Source of the DNA: Botryllus schlosseri
Taxonomy: Eukaryota
Assembly: GCA_051294905.1 (NCBI GenBank)
Contig: CM119372.1
Span: forward strand, 19,098,001 to 19,162,000
Reading direction: 5' to 3'
DNA length: 64,000 nt
Below the pieces are notes generated by a model. The model made no database searches. It saw only the letters and a program-made list of their open reading frames with translations, and was not told the DNA's origin. Positions 15,001 through 25,073 of this stretch are shown piece by piece (position 1 is the stretch's first letter; the number at the start of each line of letters is the position of its first letter). A program made the translations under genes and the position numbers.

Positions 15001-18000
15001 ACTTACTCGAGGGGTTAAGTTTTTGGACTAGTTTCAATTATGCCATACAATTCTGAAGCCAAAACTACTTACTTCCTGCACTTTCAATTTTGTGTACAGT
15101 AAAGAGTATTTTTTCGGTATGTTTGCATCCCCTTTATGAGAGAAATTGTCAGTTGTTTCAGCAAAGTTACCTCCTTTTACAATTTTGATTGTAAAAAGTA
15201 GAAAGCAGTTCTGAGATTAGTTTTCGTCACTTACGTGGGGGATTACACATATCTGTAGTGTCATAAGTCGTTTTGCGTTTGTCACAAAGATACATATTTC
15301 AGTTTACCTGCTAAAACATGCGACCCCTCGATTTTTTGAAATTACTTATGTGAATACTCGTCAGCCCTACAATTTTATACTTCATTTGAATTAGTTTTGA
15401 CATGTCATGGAAATCTCTGCTGCTACTTGTAGTTGAGTTGTAATCCCTTCTACTTGAGTGGGAACGCTGACTACTTGGACCACCTATGCTTGCATAGATG
15501 TTGGATTTAACTGTACTATAAATCATTAATAGTGATTGACAATTTTCTGGCATCTGTTTCTATAATGCAATGTGCCATTGGACTAATGTTTGTCTACATT
15601 TGATGGCGTTTTGAAAGCATAATTCATACTCGGCCGTAACATACACTCCTGGTGTTTTTCAGTCCCGGATGGCCAGCTCAATACCCGCACGATACCTTGT
15701 GTATAACAATAATCACTGTGGCAGAGGGGGACCAAATACAAATGTTCTTTAATTCATTCGTTGTTGTGGGTAGCGGCAATTCGTCAAGCGACTATCTGGA
15801 AATAAGGTACGTTTTCATTTGTGCATCAACCTAAATAGCTGATCAAGTGTAGCGTGTAGTTTCAGCTCTATGACGCCACTAGCACGTGCTTTGTGCGAAC
15901 TGTTACTTGTCATATTGGAGTTGAATTATACTAGATTTACAATCGCGTCAATACAGTCACTATCAAACCCTTTTATGAGTATGATTTGTGGTTGCAAAAT
16001 TTATACGGTGGTTGGTCTGATTGGTTGGTCTATCTTTTCACTGTATCGCAGTCTTGCTGTGTCTTGAAATAATGAAATTAATAATAAACCGATACTGATA
16101 CTTTGAGACCATGGGGCCGTGTCTCTGTGTATGCACTAGCCCCAGGATAGGACCACGCAGCTGTGGATCATTGGAACGATGCTACAATTATACTTCAACC
16201 TCTAAATTTTACTTTAAGTTTTACATCTGATTATCGGGTTGCAACCAAGTCACAAAGTTACGAGTCACAAGTCAATCTTACCTTTGTAGTGTTGACTCGA
16301 GTCAAGTCGAGTCGTTTTCAATTCATCACCGAGTCAAGTCTGAGTCAAAGTCAGCTAGCAGACCGTCGAGTCTGGGTCCAAGTCGTTGTGTTCACTGTTC
16401 AGTTTTCAGTTCAACGCAGTTCAACCCACTTTTTCAACTCTGCTCGAGCGATATAGGATGGCTCGCATTCATAGTATTGTAATTTTTCTCAGTCCTAACA
16501 GTTTCTTGGTCCTATTTTCCAAGTATCAGGACTGATAGACGAAATACCAATAACGTCCTAGTCTCAAGTCATGCACAAGGACTCCAGTACAAGTCGAGTC
16601 AATACAAAAATTGACTCCAGTCGAGTCATTTTACGCATTTAAAAAAAATGACTCTAGTCAAGTCGAGTCACCAAAAAATCGCGACTCGAGTTGAGTCATG
16701 ACTCCAGTCATTAACACCCCGCATCTGAATGTGTCTAGACGCATTCTACAATCTAGATTAGATTCTCATGAATTCGAGAAACGATAGTAATCGCACACGT
16801 TCGCAATATTTACAGAGTCACTGAATCGTGAATAGGTCTGGACAAAATCGAATATCGAGTGATTCGATTCCAAATCGAGTATTAGACTTTCAGTCGAATA
16901 TCCCTCATTAAAACGTCATGACAATATGAAAGATGTGCTACCATAAAGAATTGCCAGCTCGACATCATATTAAACAGGGTTATAACCAAGTCAAAAGGTT
17001 TCGAGTCACAAGTCAATCTCACTTTTATAGTTTTGACTCGAGTCAACTCGAGTCATCTTCAATTCACCACCGAGTCAAGTCCGTGTCGTGTGTTATGACT
17101 CGAGTCCGAGTCCAAGTCATTTTGTTCAAGGAAAGGAAAGGACTTTATGTATTTTGTCATTGATGGTTTTTTTTGCGGAATATACACCGACTCATGATAT
17201 ACATTATTCACAGTTACACACGATCTGTGCAATGTTCAGTTTTGAGTTAAATTCGGTTCAATCCACTTTTTTCAACTCTGCACCGATATAGAGTGGCTCG
17301 TATTCCTTTTATCGTGATTCTCCTCAGTCTTAACAGTTTCTGGCCCTATTTCCCAAGTATCAGGACTGGTAGACGAGTACCAGTAATGTGGTGACTTTAC
17401 TATTTTTCGAAGTAACAATGAAATGTCTGTCTTGGCCGTCGTAGTCTCACGTCATATGACTTGGTTCGATTAATGCACAACGACTCGAGTACAAGTCGAG
17501 TCAATACACAAATTGACTCGAGTTGAGTCTTTTTATGCATTTGAAAAATGACTCGAGTCAAGGCGAATCACCAGAATATCGGTATTTGGTATTTGTTCGA
17601 CCGTGCCTAGTTCATTGCACTTTGTGACAATGCTGTAGTCTGATCGCGACAAATATGTCATTTCAACTAACGTGTGGAGATTTGTTCTACACGTTTCGTA
17701 TGCTGCGAAACAACTAATCGAGGTATCAAGGCTTCCACAGTGGAAAATAGTATCAAAACTATCATTTTCCATGATAAATCAACTCTTAGTGGCTAGGAGC
17801 TTATAATTGCAGTACCCGAATTAATAATCTCTCATTAGAATTATCATTGTGCCCAGCTCTAATAGTGACCCACGATATTTAACAGAGACGGCCCAGACAG
17901 TACCTCTCCGCTGATTCAAAATCTGGTCGGCGCCACATTACCGAACCCGATATTCCCAACGTCAAACTCTGTTTTCATGCAATTTCATACCGACGAGAGT

Positions 18001-20619
18001 TATCACGCATCAGGGTAAGTGGCTCAAACCTCGTGAAATACGCGTAAATTGATAATCGTTTTCTCTCCCATTTTCAATAGATATGACATCACATACACGT
18101 CTTCTCAACAATGCGGCGGCACTGTAACGGGAGACCATGGGACTATAACGAGTTTGGACTTTCCACAGGTATGCCGCGAACTGTTTTTATCTGAAATTTT
18201 TTCTCGCATCTATTTCAAGGTACGGCTCTAGTAGATGTAAATATAACTCATCTATTTGTACTCAAGTGCAAGTAGACGTAGCGATTACCAAGATATGTTG
18301 AAATTACTGCACACGAAAACAGGACCTAACTCTGAATTATATCGCGGTCTTAAATCCTACGTGCATACGTTATTTGGATTAAAATGTCGCACTCGATTTA
18401 TACCGCGGTATAAGTCTGAGGTACGAAATTTCATGCTGGTGACGTCATATTTTGTGATGCGAATATTGATATACGAGGTTCTTTCCAAATGTCTACTAGT
18501 TACTGACGATTACCCCTGACGAGTGTTGGCCGAAAATATTCGGGCTCATTTCAACATGAATATACTATTGAATTGTATATTGAAGTTCTGTTCCTCCAAG
18601 AAGCTCTTCAAATACTCACACCCGTATATCAGGGGTGGGAGTGCGCCGTCTTTTCGCTAAGTGTGTACTTTTAACAGTTAATCAGAGGTGCGGACTTCCG
18701 AAAGTTCAAATTTCAAATAGATAGTTAGTTACCGTGACACAGGGGTCATTTCACACGGTTTTATGACAATTTCGCTCGTGAAAGTGACGAAAACTTATCT
18801 CAAAACTACTTTCTACTTTACAAAATCCGTAAGTAGTTTGCATTGAGAACTGTTAAGTTGTAGAAGTGGAAGTAGTCTTAAAACAAGACCGTTTGAGTAA
18901 CTAGTACAGTTCTCAGACAAGAAAAAAAAATTGCATAGTATATTCAATAATTCCTATTGAAATGAAACCCCAATTTTTTTAGGCTGACACTCGTCAGGGG
19001 TAATCGTCAGCAACTAGTAGAGAATGAGAAAGAACCAGAGGTGGTCAAAGTAGTCACCCTCGTTACTCAAGTAGAAGTAGAAGTAACGTCGGAATTTCTA
19101 CTCAAGTAGAAGTAGGAGTGGTGGTTCACAAGTAAGTAAGTAGATATTCTGTGCTTATTTTTGCCTACAAAACTGAAATCTGTCAAGTAGAAGTAGAAGT
19201 AGTCAAAATCATAACTACTTAAAAAGTAGTTCGAGTAGGCAAAATCTACTTCAAGTACTTCAAAAAGTAGAAGTACTTCGTTACTGACCACCTCTGGAAA
19301 GAACATTGTATATCAACAATCGTATCACAAAATATGACGTCACCAGCATGAAACCTTGAATGAGAGAGCGTTCATCCGAAATTTCATGCTGGTGACGTCA
19401 TATTTTGTGATGCGATTGTTGATATACAATGTTCTTTCCAATTCTCTACTAGTTGCTGACGATTACCCCTGACGAGTGTCAGCCGAAAATATTCGGGTTC
19501 ATTTCAATATGAATATACTATTCAATTGTATATTGAAGTTCTGTACCTCCAAGAAGCTCTTCAAAAAAATAGAAATGCTTCATTAATGACCCGCTCTGTT
19601 CGTTTTTCATACAATTTAGGCGTACGCTCCGAACACGCTGTGCGAGTTCTCAATCAGAACGCCCTCCGGAAGACCAGTCACGGTCCACGTACCGTTTTTC
19701 GACCTTTACTACGAGGTATTGTTCGTTTTGCGTGCGCGCGTTTCCGCCATCGACAGCATGCGATCTTATATTCAGTGCAGCAACGGCTGTCGCTGTGCGG
19801 GCGACACCGTTTGGATTTACGGCGGTCCGACCGGTAGCAGCCCTGCTTTGAGGGGATTCTGCGGATATGGCAGTATGAGCAACGTTAAGTCGGCGGTCAA
19901 TTCGGCGTTTATTCGGTAAGCTTATAGGCCCATCAGTACCCATATTATCGGTGGCTATGCGATATGACAGAAGACAGCAATCAAAATAATCAAAGTCTGG
20001 AATGAAGAATATGTATGCTATGTTTACTGTGCGATAATTAGGTAAGACAGACAGATTCTTTATTTCGTACAATGCGAGCAGGCACAAATTTTCAAAAGAC
20101 TGGAATTGTACTCCCCTTTCCGCCTGTGTTACATTATTATCAATGAGAATTATAGTTTCGATACTTTTTTTCCCAACGTGAAATCCTTTAAATCTCAACT
20201 ATGCTCTTACCACAGCATCAGAACCACGTAGCAAAAAAACGATAGCGTAAATGTAATATGTGTGTCAATCAACACACTGCATTGTAACAAAGCGCAGTGA
20301 GATAGGTATGGTCAAAAAATAGACCGCTAAATATGACGCAGAACTTGAATTATTGCCTTTGTGGTCGCATAAAGCTTTTAAAACTTTCCCCGGTCATCCA
20401 TGCTCTCACGGCGTCATAATGAATGATTATGTACGAGAGCTAGTCACCCGAAATGAATGTCAACCCCTAATGGTCTTTACTGATCCCTCTCGATTTACCA
20501 GGCGTTACCGGTTTGCAATTCATGCTATCTTTACAACCTACACTTCCAGGTTCAGGACATCCAACTTTACTGTCGGCAGTCGTTCCAACACTGGCTTCCG
20601 TATTCGCTTCGAAAGCTAA
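1..20619 (+). CDS. CUBN: Cubilin-like protein, C-terminal ~1100 aa (tail of one CUB domain plus nine complete CUB domains, likely CUB19-27); 5' part lies upstream of the window
   Basis: Hand-spliced GT-AG exons with consistent phase: 1-100, 163-363, 846-995, 1072-1196, 1259-1484, 2106-2293, 3628-3781, 4357-4510, 4572-4704, 5991-6096, 6159-6307, 6457-6583, 7503-7613, 7670-7800, 9014-9146, 9219-9345, 9957-10090, 10984-11063, 11123-11229, 15663-15806, 17886-18014, 18081-18168, 19620-19715, 19776-19915, 20550-20619 (TAA); total 3303 nt. CUB motifs recur (CGG..SPNYP..Y..N..C.W, C.YDY, G.YCG, F.SD....GF). VGPLEGCGG...SVDLDGNGQYD.GLNCLW and SPGWP...TLPNPIF...GYDITYTSS..CGGTVTGD.G resemble, from memory, vertebrate cubilin CUB24/26/27. 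The protein stops right after the last CUB with no transmembrane segment, as cubilin does. Confidence 0.9.
6884..7425. mobile_element. hAT-type MITE, family A (GACTCGAGTC subterminal repeats)
   Basis: Imperfect TIR CAGGGTTGTAA / TTACAACACAG; 8-bp TSD GAATTTTG at 6876-6883 and 7426-7433. Confidence 0.85.
8300..8840. repeat. Long-inverted-repeat element, family H (core GCTGACGATTACCCCTGACGAGTGT.GGCCGAAAATATT)
   Basis: Reverse arm ~8320-8470 and forward arm ~8650-8840; single arms at ~3420-3520, ~6340-6430, ~18425-18615. Confidence 0.7.
11909..12302. mobile_element. MITE nested in family B copy 1
   Basis: TIR TAGGCTTGCATTTAAAACAAA / TTTGTTTTAAATACAACCCTA; degenerate TSD ATTTACAG/ATTCATAG; related copy at ~58670-59252. 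Confidence 0.7.
13223..13573. mobile_element. hAT-type MITE, family C (AAAGAGGAC repeats), nested in family B copy 1
   Basis: TIR TAGGCTTACCATA / TATGGTAAGCCTA; 8-bp TSD ACATAGGC; empty site visible in family B copy 2 near 45565. Confidence 0.9.
13612..14184. mobile_element. hAT-type MITE, family A, nested in family B copy 1
   Basis: TIR CAGGGTTGTAA / TTACAACCCTG; 8-bp TSD GGTCAAAC; empty site in family B copy 2 near 45594-45601. Confidence 0.9.
16232..17580. mobile_element. Two degenerate family A MITE copies (~16232-16721 and ~16975-17580)
   Basis: Both start with GGGTT..AACCAAGTCA and carry GACTCGAGTC arrays homologous to 13612-14184; ends approximate. Confidence 0.75.
18935..19562. repeat. 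Family H palindromic element interrupted by a family G MITE
   Basis: Left arm (18935-19350, excluding the insert) is the reverse complement of the right arm (19383-19520). Confidence 0.75.
19036..19296. mobile_element. hAT-type MITE, family G (AAGTAG repeats)
   Basis: TIR CAGAGGTGGTCA / TGACCACCTCTG; 8-bp TSD GAAAGAAC. Confidence 0.9.
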
Positions 20620-20758
20620 TACAGTCCGGCACGACGGCCTTTGAGGTCCAGTTTGAATTGGATCATATTCTTCAACACTGACTTTTGTGTTCTGTAATCG
20701 TGTGCCTCATGTATCATTGTTGATTACTTTCTTCATATCCATCGTGTTGCGAATTTTG

Positions 20759-20764
20759 AATAAA
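20759..20764 (+). terminator. Polyadenylation signal of the cubilin-like gene
   Basis: AATAAA ~140 nt after the TAA stop at 20617-20619. Confidence 0.6.
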
Positions 20765-20820
20765 ATTTACAGATCAAGTAGTGAAGACGTGGCCAGCCTT
20801 CCGAAATTAAGATTCTATAT

Positions 20821-21022
20821 CAGTGGTTCTCAAGCTGGGGGGCGTGAAAGCGTGTCATATTTTTGAATTCTCTCATCAACAGTCATAACCTTCCATGCCA
20901 TCAAACAATCTGTTGGGGTTGCTAGCATCCCGGTGGGATTTTGCGATGTGACGATAATGGGGGCGCGAAATTTGTCACTATCATAACGGGGGGCGTGTCT
21001 CGAAAAAGGTTGAGAACCACTG
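20821..21022. mobile_element. hAT (Charlie-like) MITE
   Basis: TIR CAGTGGTTCTCAA / TTGAGAACCACTG; 8-bp TSD TTCTATAT. Confidence 0.9.
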
Positions 21023-21374
21023 TTCTATATGATTCCCACTTCGGACATTTGGTAAACATAGACTGCGGTTATTCCAGTGAACGGCGGAGTGGTTATTTAA
21101 TGATGCGGTTTCAGAATTAGAGATTTTCATCGCAGACTGACACTATCTAATAAGCGGGCCGTGTTATTTTTAGCATTTCAGGAGCCAGATGCCGAAATTG
21201 CAAAAAATAAAAATTTGAAACTGCCAAAAATAACACGGCCTGCCAAATAGTGTATTTCGTTCACGGTGTTGTGTTAACAGGACCGCGTTACAAGCGAGAA
21301 GAGCGTTATTGAAAGGCAGGTTTCTTAATCTGGGTCCAGCCCACCCATTAGGGGTGAAAGCATGGTGTCCTAAA

Positions 21375-22996
21375 CAGAGTTGGATCAATTGTAATTTGTA
21401 ATTGAGCTGAATGTAATTAATTACATTTTTTCATGTAATTGTAATTGAAGCATTTCTATTTTGTGTAATTGTAATTTGATCAAAATTTTGCTCAATTACA
21501 TTTTCATGGAAACCTGACAATCACAACATAAAATAATCATTTATTCGTCGCACCAGTGAAAATCCGATACGAACCAGGATGACGACGAGGGGCCGTAAAG
21601 CCTTGATGAACTATCACCACATGTAATAATTTGCCGATTTACATCGGTGTTCTATGCGTGCTGCGTTATAACTAGATAATTCAGTCACGCTAAACTGTTT
21701 GCCATACTTCAGTAGCAACAGAAAACTTTGTGAATTACAATATAGGCCAAACCAGTGGTTCTCAAACTGGGGGCGTGCCCCCTTGGGCGGTGTGGAAGCA
21801 TCTGAACGGGACGCGACGCTCCAGTGAACTGAAATCTTTTCCGCGCTTGGCCCGATTCACCCCCGTTTTATGGTTATTGCTCGGTGTATAGTCTGAATTT
21901 TGTATTGGAGAATTCTCTCATCAACAGTCATAACCTTCCATACCATCAAACTATATGTAAGAATTGCTAAGTTTCTGGTTTTATTGTGTGCTACGACGAT
22001 AAGGGGGGGGGGGTCACGAAATATTCACTGTCATAAATGGGGGCGTGTCTAAAAAAAGTTAGAGAACCAGTGGGCTAAACTAAATCTTAATATTTCAAAA
22101 ATGGATGAGCAGCAAATAAACTCTTCTGAAACCAGTGCTGAACCATTTCCTACACCACGGTCAAAGTTTTTTTTAATCTCTGACCAGTACCGATCGAGGC
22201 TTTTTGCAACAATAGCAAAAAAAAAATTCCAGTTTCTAACTAAGGCTTCATCAAACTTGATTACGCATTTGTAGAGATGATATTCCAATCTCACCCCAAT
22301 CTTGGCCAAATGTACTGGGGCCAGAAACTTTTCGCACCCTAATGTTCATCAAATGCAATCTAACAGTTTCCGAGCAAGTGAAAATGTAAATGCGAACCAA
22401 AATATTGTAATTCTTAGTTATCAGGAGGTTCTTTCCTTTTGCATTTATTTTAATTTTACGCACCTTATCGGTATCATCCTTATCGCTGACGCCTTACCAA
22501 TTAGGCTACATTTCATTATCCTCACTCAGCTCTGAGTAGCCTAATCGTTTGATTACATTTCATTGATTGTCATGTAGCCTATTTGCTGTTGGTCGCTCAA
22601 ACCTTTGGTTCTTAACAGTCGCTTGAAACATTTTTCTGTGCTTTTAGTTTTCATTACTCATGATTAGGAATAGTTCGAATACGTTCGAGTTTTTTTTAAT
22701 TAAAAGGGTATTCTACATATCAGGAATGAAACATGAATAGCTTGAGATTGTCGCTAATTACGTCGCTACGGTTGTCAAAGAACACCTCTTTACTGAATCA
22801 ATTACCTGTTTAAAAGTAATTGTAATTGTAATTATAATTGTAATTAATTACATGTTTAACAGTAATTGTAATTGTAATTGTAATTTGATATTTTTAGCAT
22901 TGAGTAATTGTAATTGTAATGTAATTGAAACATGCAAGGAAGTAATTGTAATTGTAATTGTAATTGAATTTGAATATTGTAATTGATCCAACTCTG
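21375..22996. mobile_element. hAT-type element, family F (GTAATT subterminal repeats), nested in family E
   Basis: TIR CAGAGTTGGATCAATT / AATTGATCCAACTCTG; 8-bp TSD GTCCTAAA. Confidence 0.9.
21753..22072. mobile_element. Charlie-like MITE nested in family F (third nesting level)
   Basis: TIR CAGTGGTTCTC / GAGAACCAGTG; TSD GGCCAAAC/GGCTAAAC; homologous to 20821-21022. Confidence 0.8.
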
Positions 22997-23346
22997 GTCC
23001 TAAAATGATGTGGGCACAGCGTGATTGAACGGCTGACTGCATTTGGTATACGTCATACTGTCCATTTGCCCAAAGGCAATTTTACGACCATTTTTGACCG
23101 GCTTGTCGAGCACTAAATTTGATAAAACGGGTATCAATGAGAAGCTGCCGCAGTACTGATTATTAAAATATAAATTATATTCTGCTCATGGAGCTGGAAC
23201 CCCCAAAATCAACCACAATTTTTGGATTGTGATCGAGTTGAACATTGTGACGGAACAACCTGTCTGGCTATTTCTGAGCTGCATAGTCTCGTTTTGCCAG
23301 ACAGTCTTGTTGCGTCAATGTTCTCAAACAAGCTAACCTTCCCAGG

Positions 23347-23766
23347 ACTCTTCCATGCGCGTTGGTAATATTAAAGCCACCTGAAGTGACAAAAGTCCTC
23401 CGAAAATATATCGATAGACTGAAGGAGAAATGATAGTCGGGCTACTAAATAGAATGTGTTGAGAGACAACACAGGAAACTCCTGGAAAAGGATCGAGAAG
23501 AAAATTCTTTCCGCGATGAGATCGATGGCACTGGCGAAGTGATCTCTTTTCATGATGCATGGAAGCCGGTTCGGCCCTCCAAAGATTTTGAAGCTTTGAA
23601 AACCTTTTGTGGATGACTGGCAACATTCTTTCCCTCAACGGCTACTGTTGAAGCCGATATTTCCCAGATTCGCTGGGCGAGAAATGAATTTAGGAGAAAC
23701 TTAGCTGACCTGAGTTTGGAAGCACTGTTACAGTGCAAACGATTTAAGTATATTCAACAGCTGTAA
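23347..23766 (+). pseudogene. hAT transposase C-terminal (dimerization-domain region) remnant
   Basis: Frame reads TLPCALVILKPPEVTKVLRKYIDRLKEK**..ERQHRKLL..SFHDAW..FEALKTFCG*LATFFPSTATVEADISQIRWARNEFRRNLADLSLEALLQCKRF with in-frame stops; P.T.A.VE..FS...R..L...LE is the hAT C-terminal motif; lies inside TIR/TSD-bounded family E. Confidence 0.8.
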
Positions 23767-24993
23767 CAATCAGCTGTTGAGCGTGTTTGTCAGGCTTTTC
23801 TTCTTCTTTTTTGCTTATTGGCACCGAGTCGGATGGATACTGGACATTTTGTGGTTTCGTTTGATATTATTAACCTATGAAATCGTTAGGTTTTTTCTTC
23901 TTATTGTTTGTTGGCGCTGATTATACGTGGATGCTGCACATTTTGTGGTGTCTTTTGACAAACTAGCCCAAATAAAGCGTTTTGTGACTAATTCGAGGCT
24001 GAAACTATCTATTTAGAGGACGATGCCAAAACTGCCAAAAATAAAAATCGAAAAATGCCAAAAATAAGTTATTTTTGGCAGTTTTGGCATATGCCAAAAA
24101 TAACACGGCCTGCTAATAAGTATAGAAAAATGGAAGTTGCTGGTAAGTGGGAACATCTTCATTGGGCTGTCAGTGGTCCGTTTCCAAGGCAGAATTCCCG
24201 CTGGTCGAGGTGACATGCGCGGGGGGGGGGGGGGGTACATTGTGCAACTGCGATCTATTGAACATGCAGCTCGGATTATCTTCCAAAAATCAGTAACTTT
24301 CACTGACATATGTGGCGTCGTCCATGTCCCTGTCCTTCAGTGTGAACAAACGTTATAGGGCAAATTCCAGAGAGCAGCGAAGGATCAAAGAAAGATAAAG
24401 GACATTATCACACTATAAACTGTTTAGTAGAATAATCGCACACCAAGCATGCTTCAGGACTCCTGTCATTCATGTGAGCCTTCTTCCCGGCAGTCTACAC
24501 GTCTCCCTCTAATAACAAAATATAAGGATCATAGCAACAGCGCCGTTGTCTATGATCGGATTTGAGACCTGATGATCCAATGACGTTCCCAGCTGATTAG
24601 TATATTTTAGAAGCCATAATTTCCAACTTCTCACTCGAAAGGTCCGATAATTTGGATGTAAACGCGTCGCTATTGTCTGGCGTTGAATTGGCTGCATCCT
24701 CACTGTCCGCAACGGACGTGCTTCTCCTAATTAAAGCGCTCTGGTACGAAGTAAATTCCGATACAAGAGTCATATAACACTGGCTTACGCATCATAATCA
24801 GCAATTGACCCAAATTTGCAATATTGATTGGATGATTAAGTCTACACGTCAAACATTTCTCAATGAACGAGATTTCCAGCAATTATGTCACAAAAATTAT
24901 CGCACACTATTGACGCGACATTAATTATCACAGGTAAAAGGAATCGAATTCTCGGAAATTCATCCGTCAAAACAATAAATGACATGATTATTG

Positions 24994-25028
24994 TATAAAA
25001 GGCAGTGTCGTAAAGACGTGATCACTTT
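24994..25028 (+). promoter_or_regulatory. TATA box plus initiator (core promoter) of the EGF-repeat gene
   Basis: TATAAAA at 24994-25000; Inr-like TCACTTT at 25022-25028 (+1 about 30 nt from TATA); ATG in GCCATG context at 25074. Confidence 0.65.
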
Positions 25029-25073
25029 TTTCTCGCATTCTTGTCAGGGCCAAAGTGAACCAAGTGATACGCC

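Larger units (their letters stand above)
21155..24112 (+). mobile_element. Decayed hAT DNA transposon, family E, with a transposase remnant and nested inserts
   Basis: TIR CGGGCCGTGTTATTTTT / AAAAATAACACGGCCTG; 8-bp TSD CTAATAAG (21147-21154, 24113-24120). Confidence 0.85.

Noticed and set aside
19650..20198. 182-aa minus-strand ORF
   Set aside because: Antisense to cubilin exons and introns; no protein-like motifs
22810..22985. (GTAATT)n and (GATTAC)n tracts as telomeric or satellite DNA
   Set aside because: They are short arrays directly inside the TIRs of families F and B
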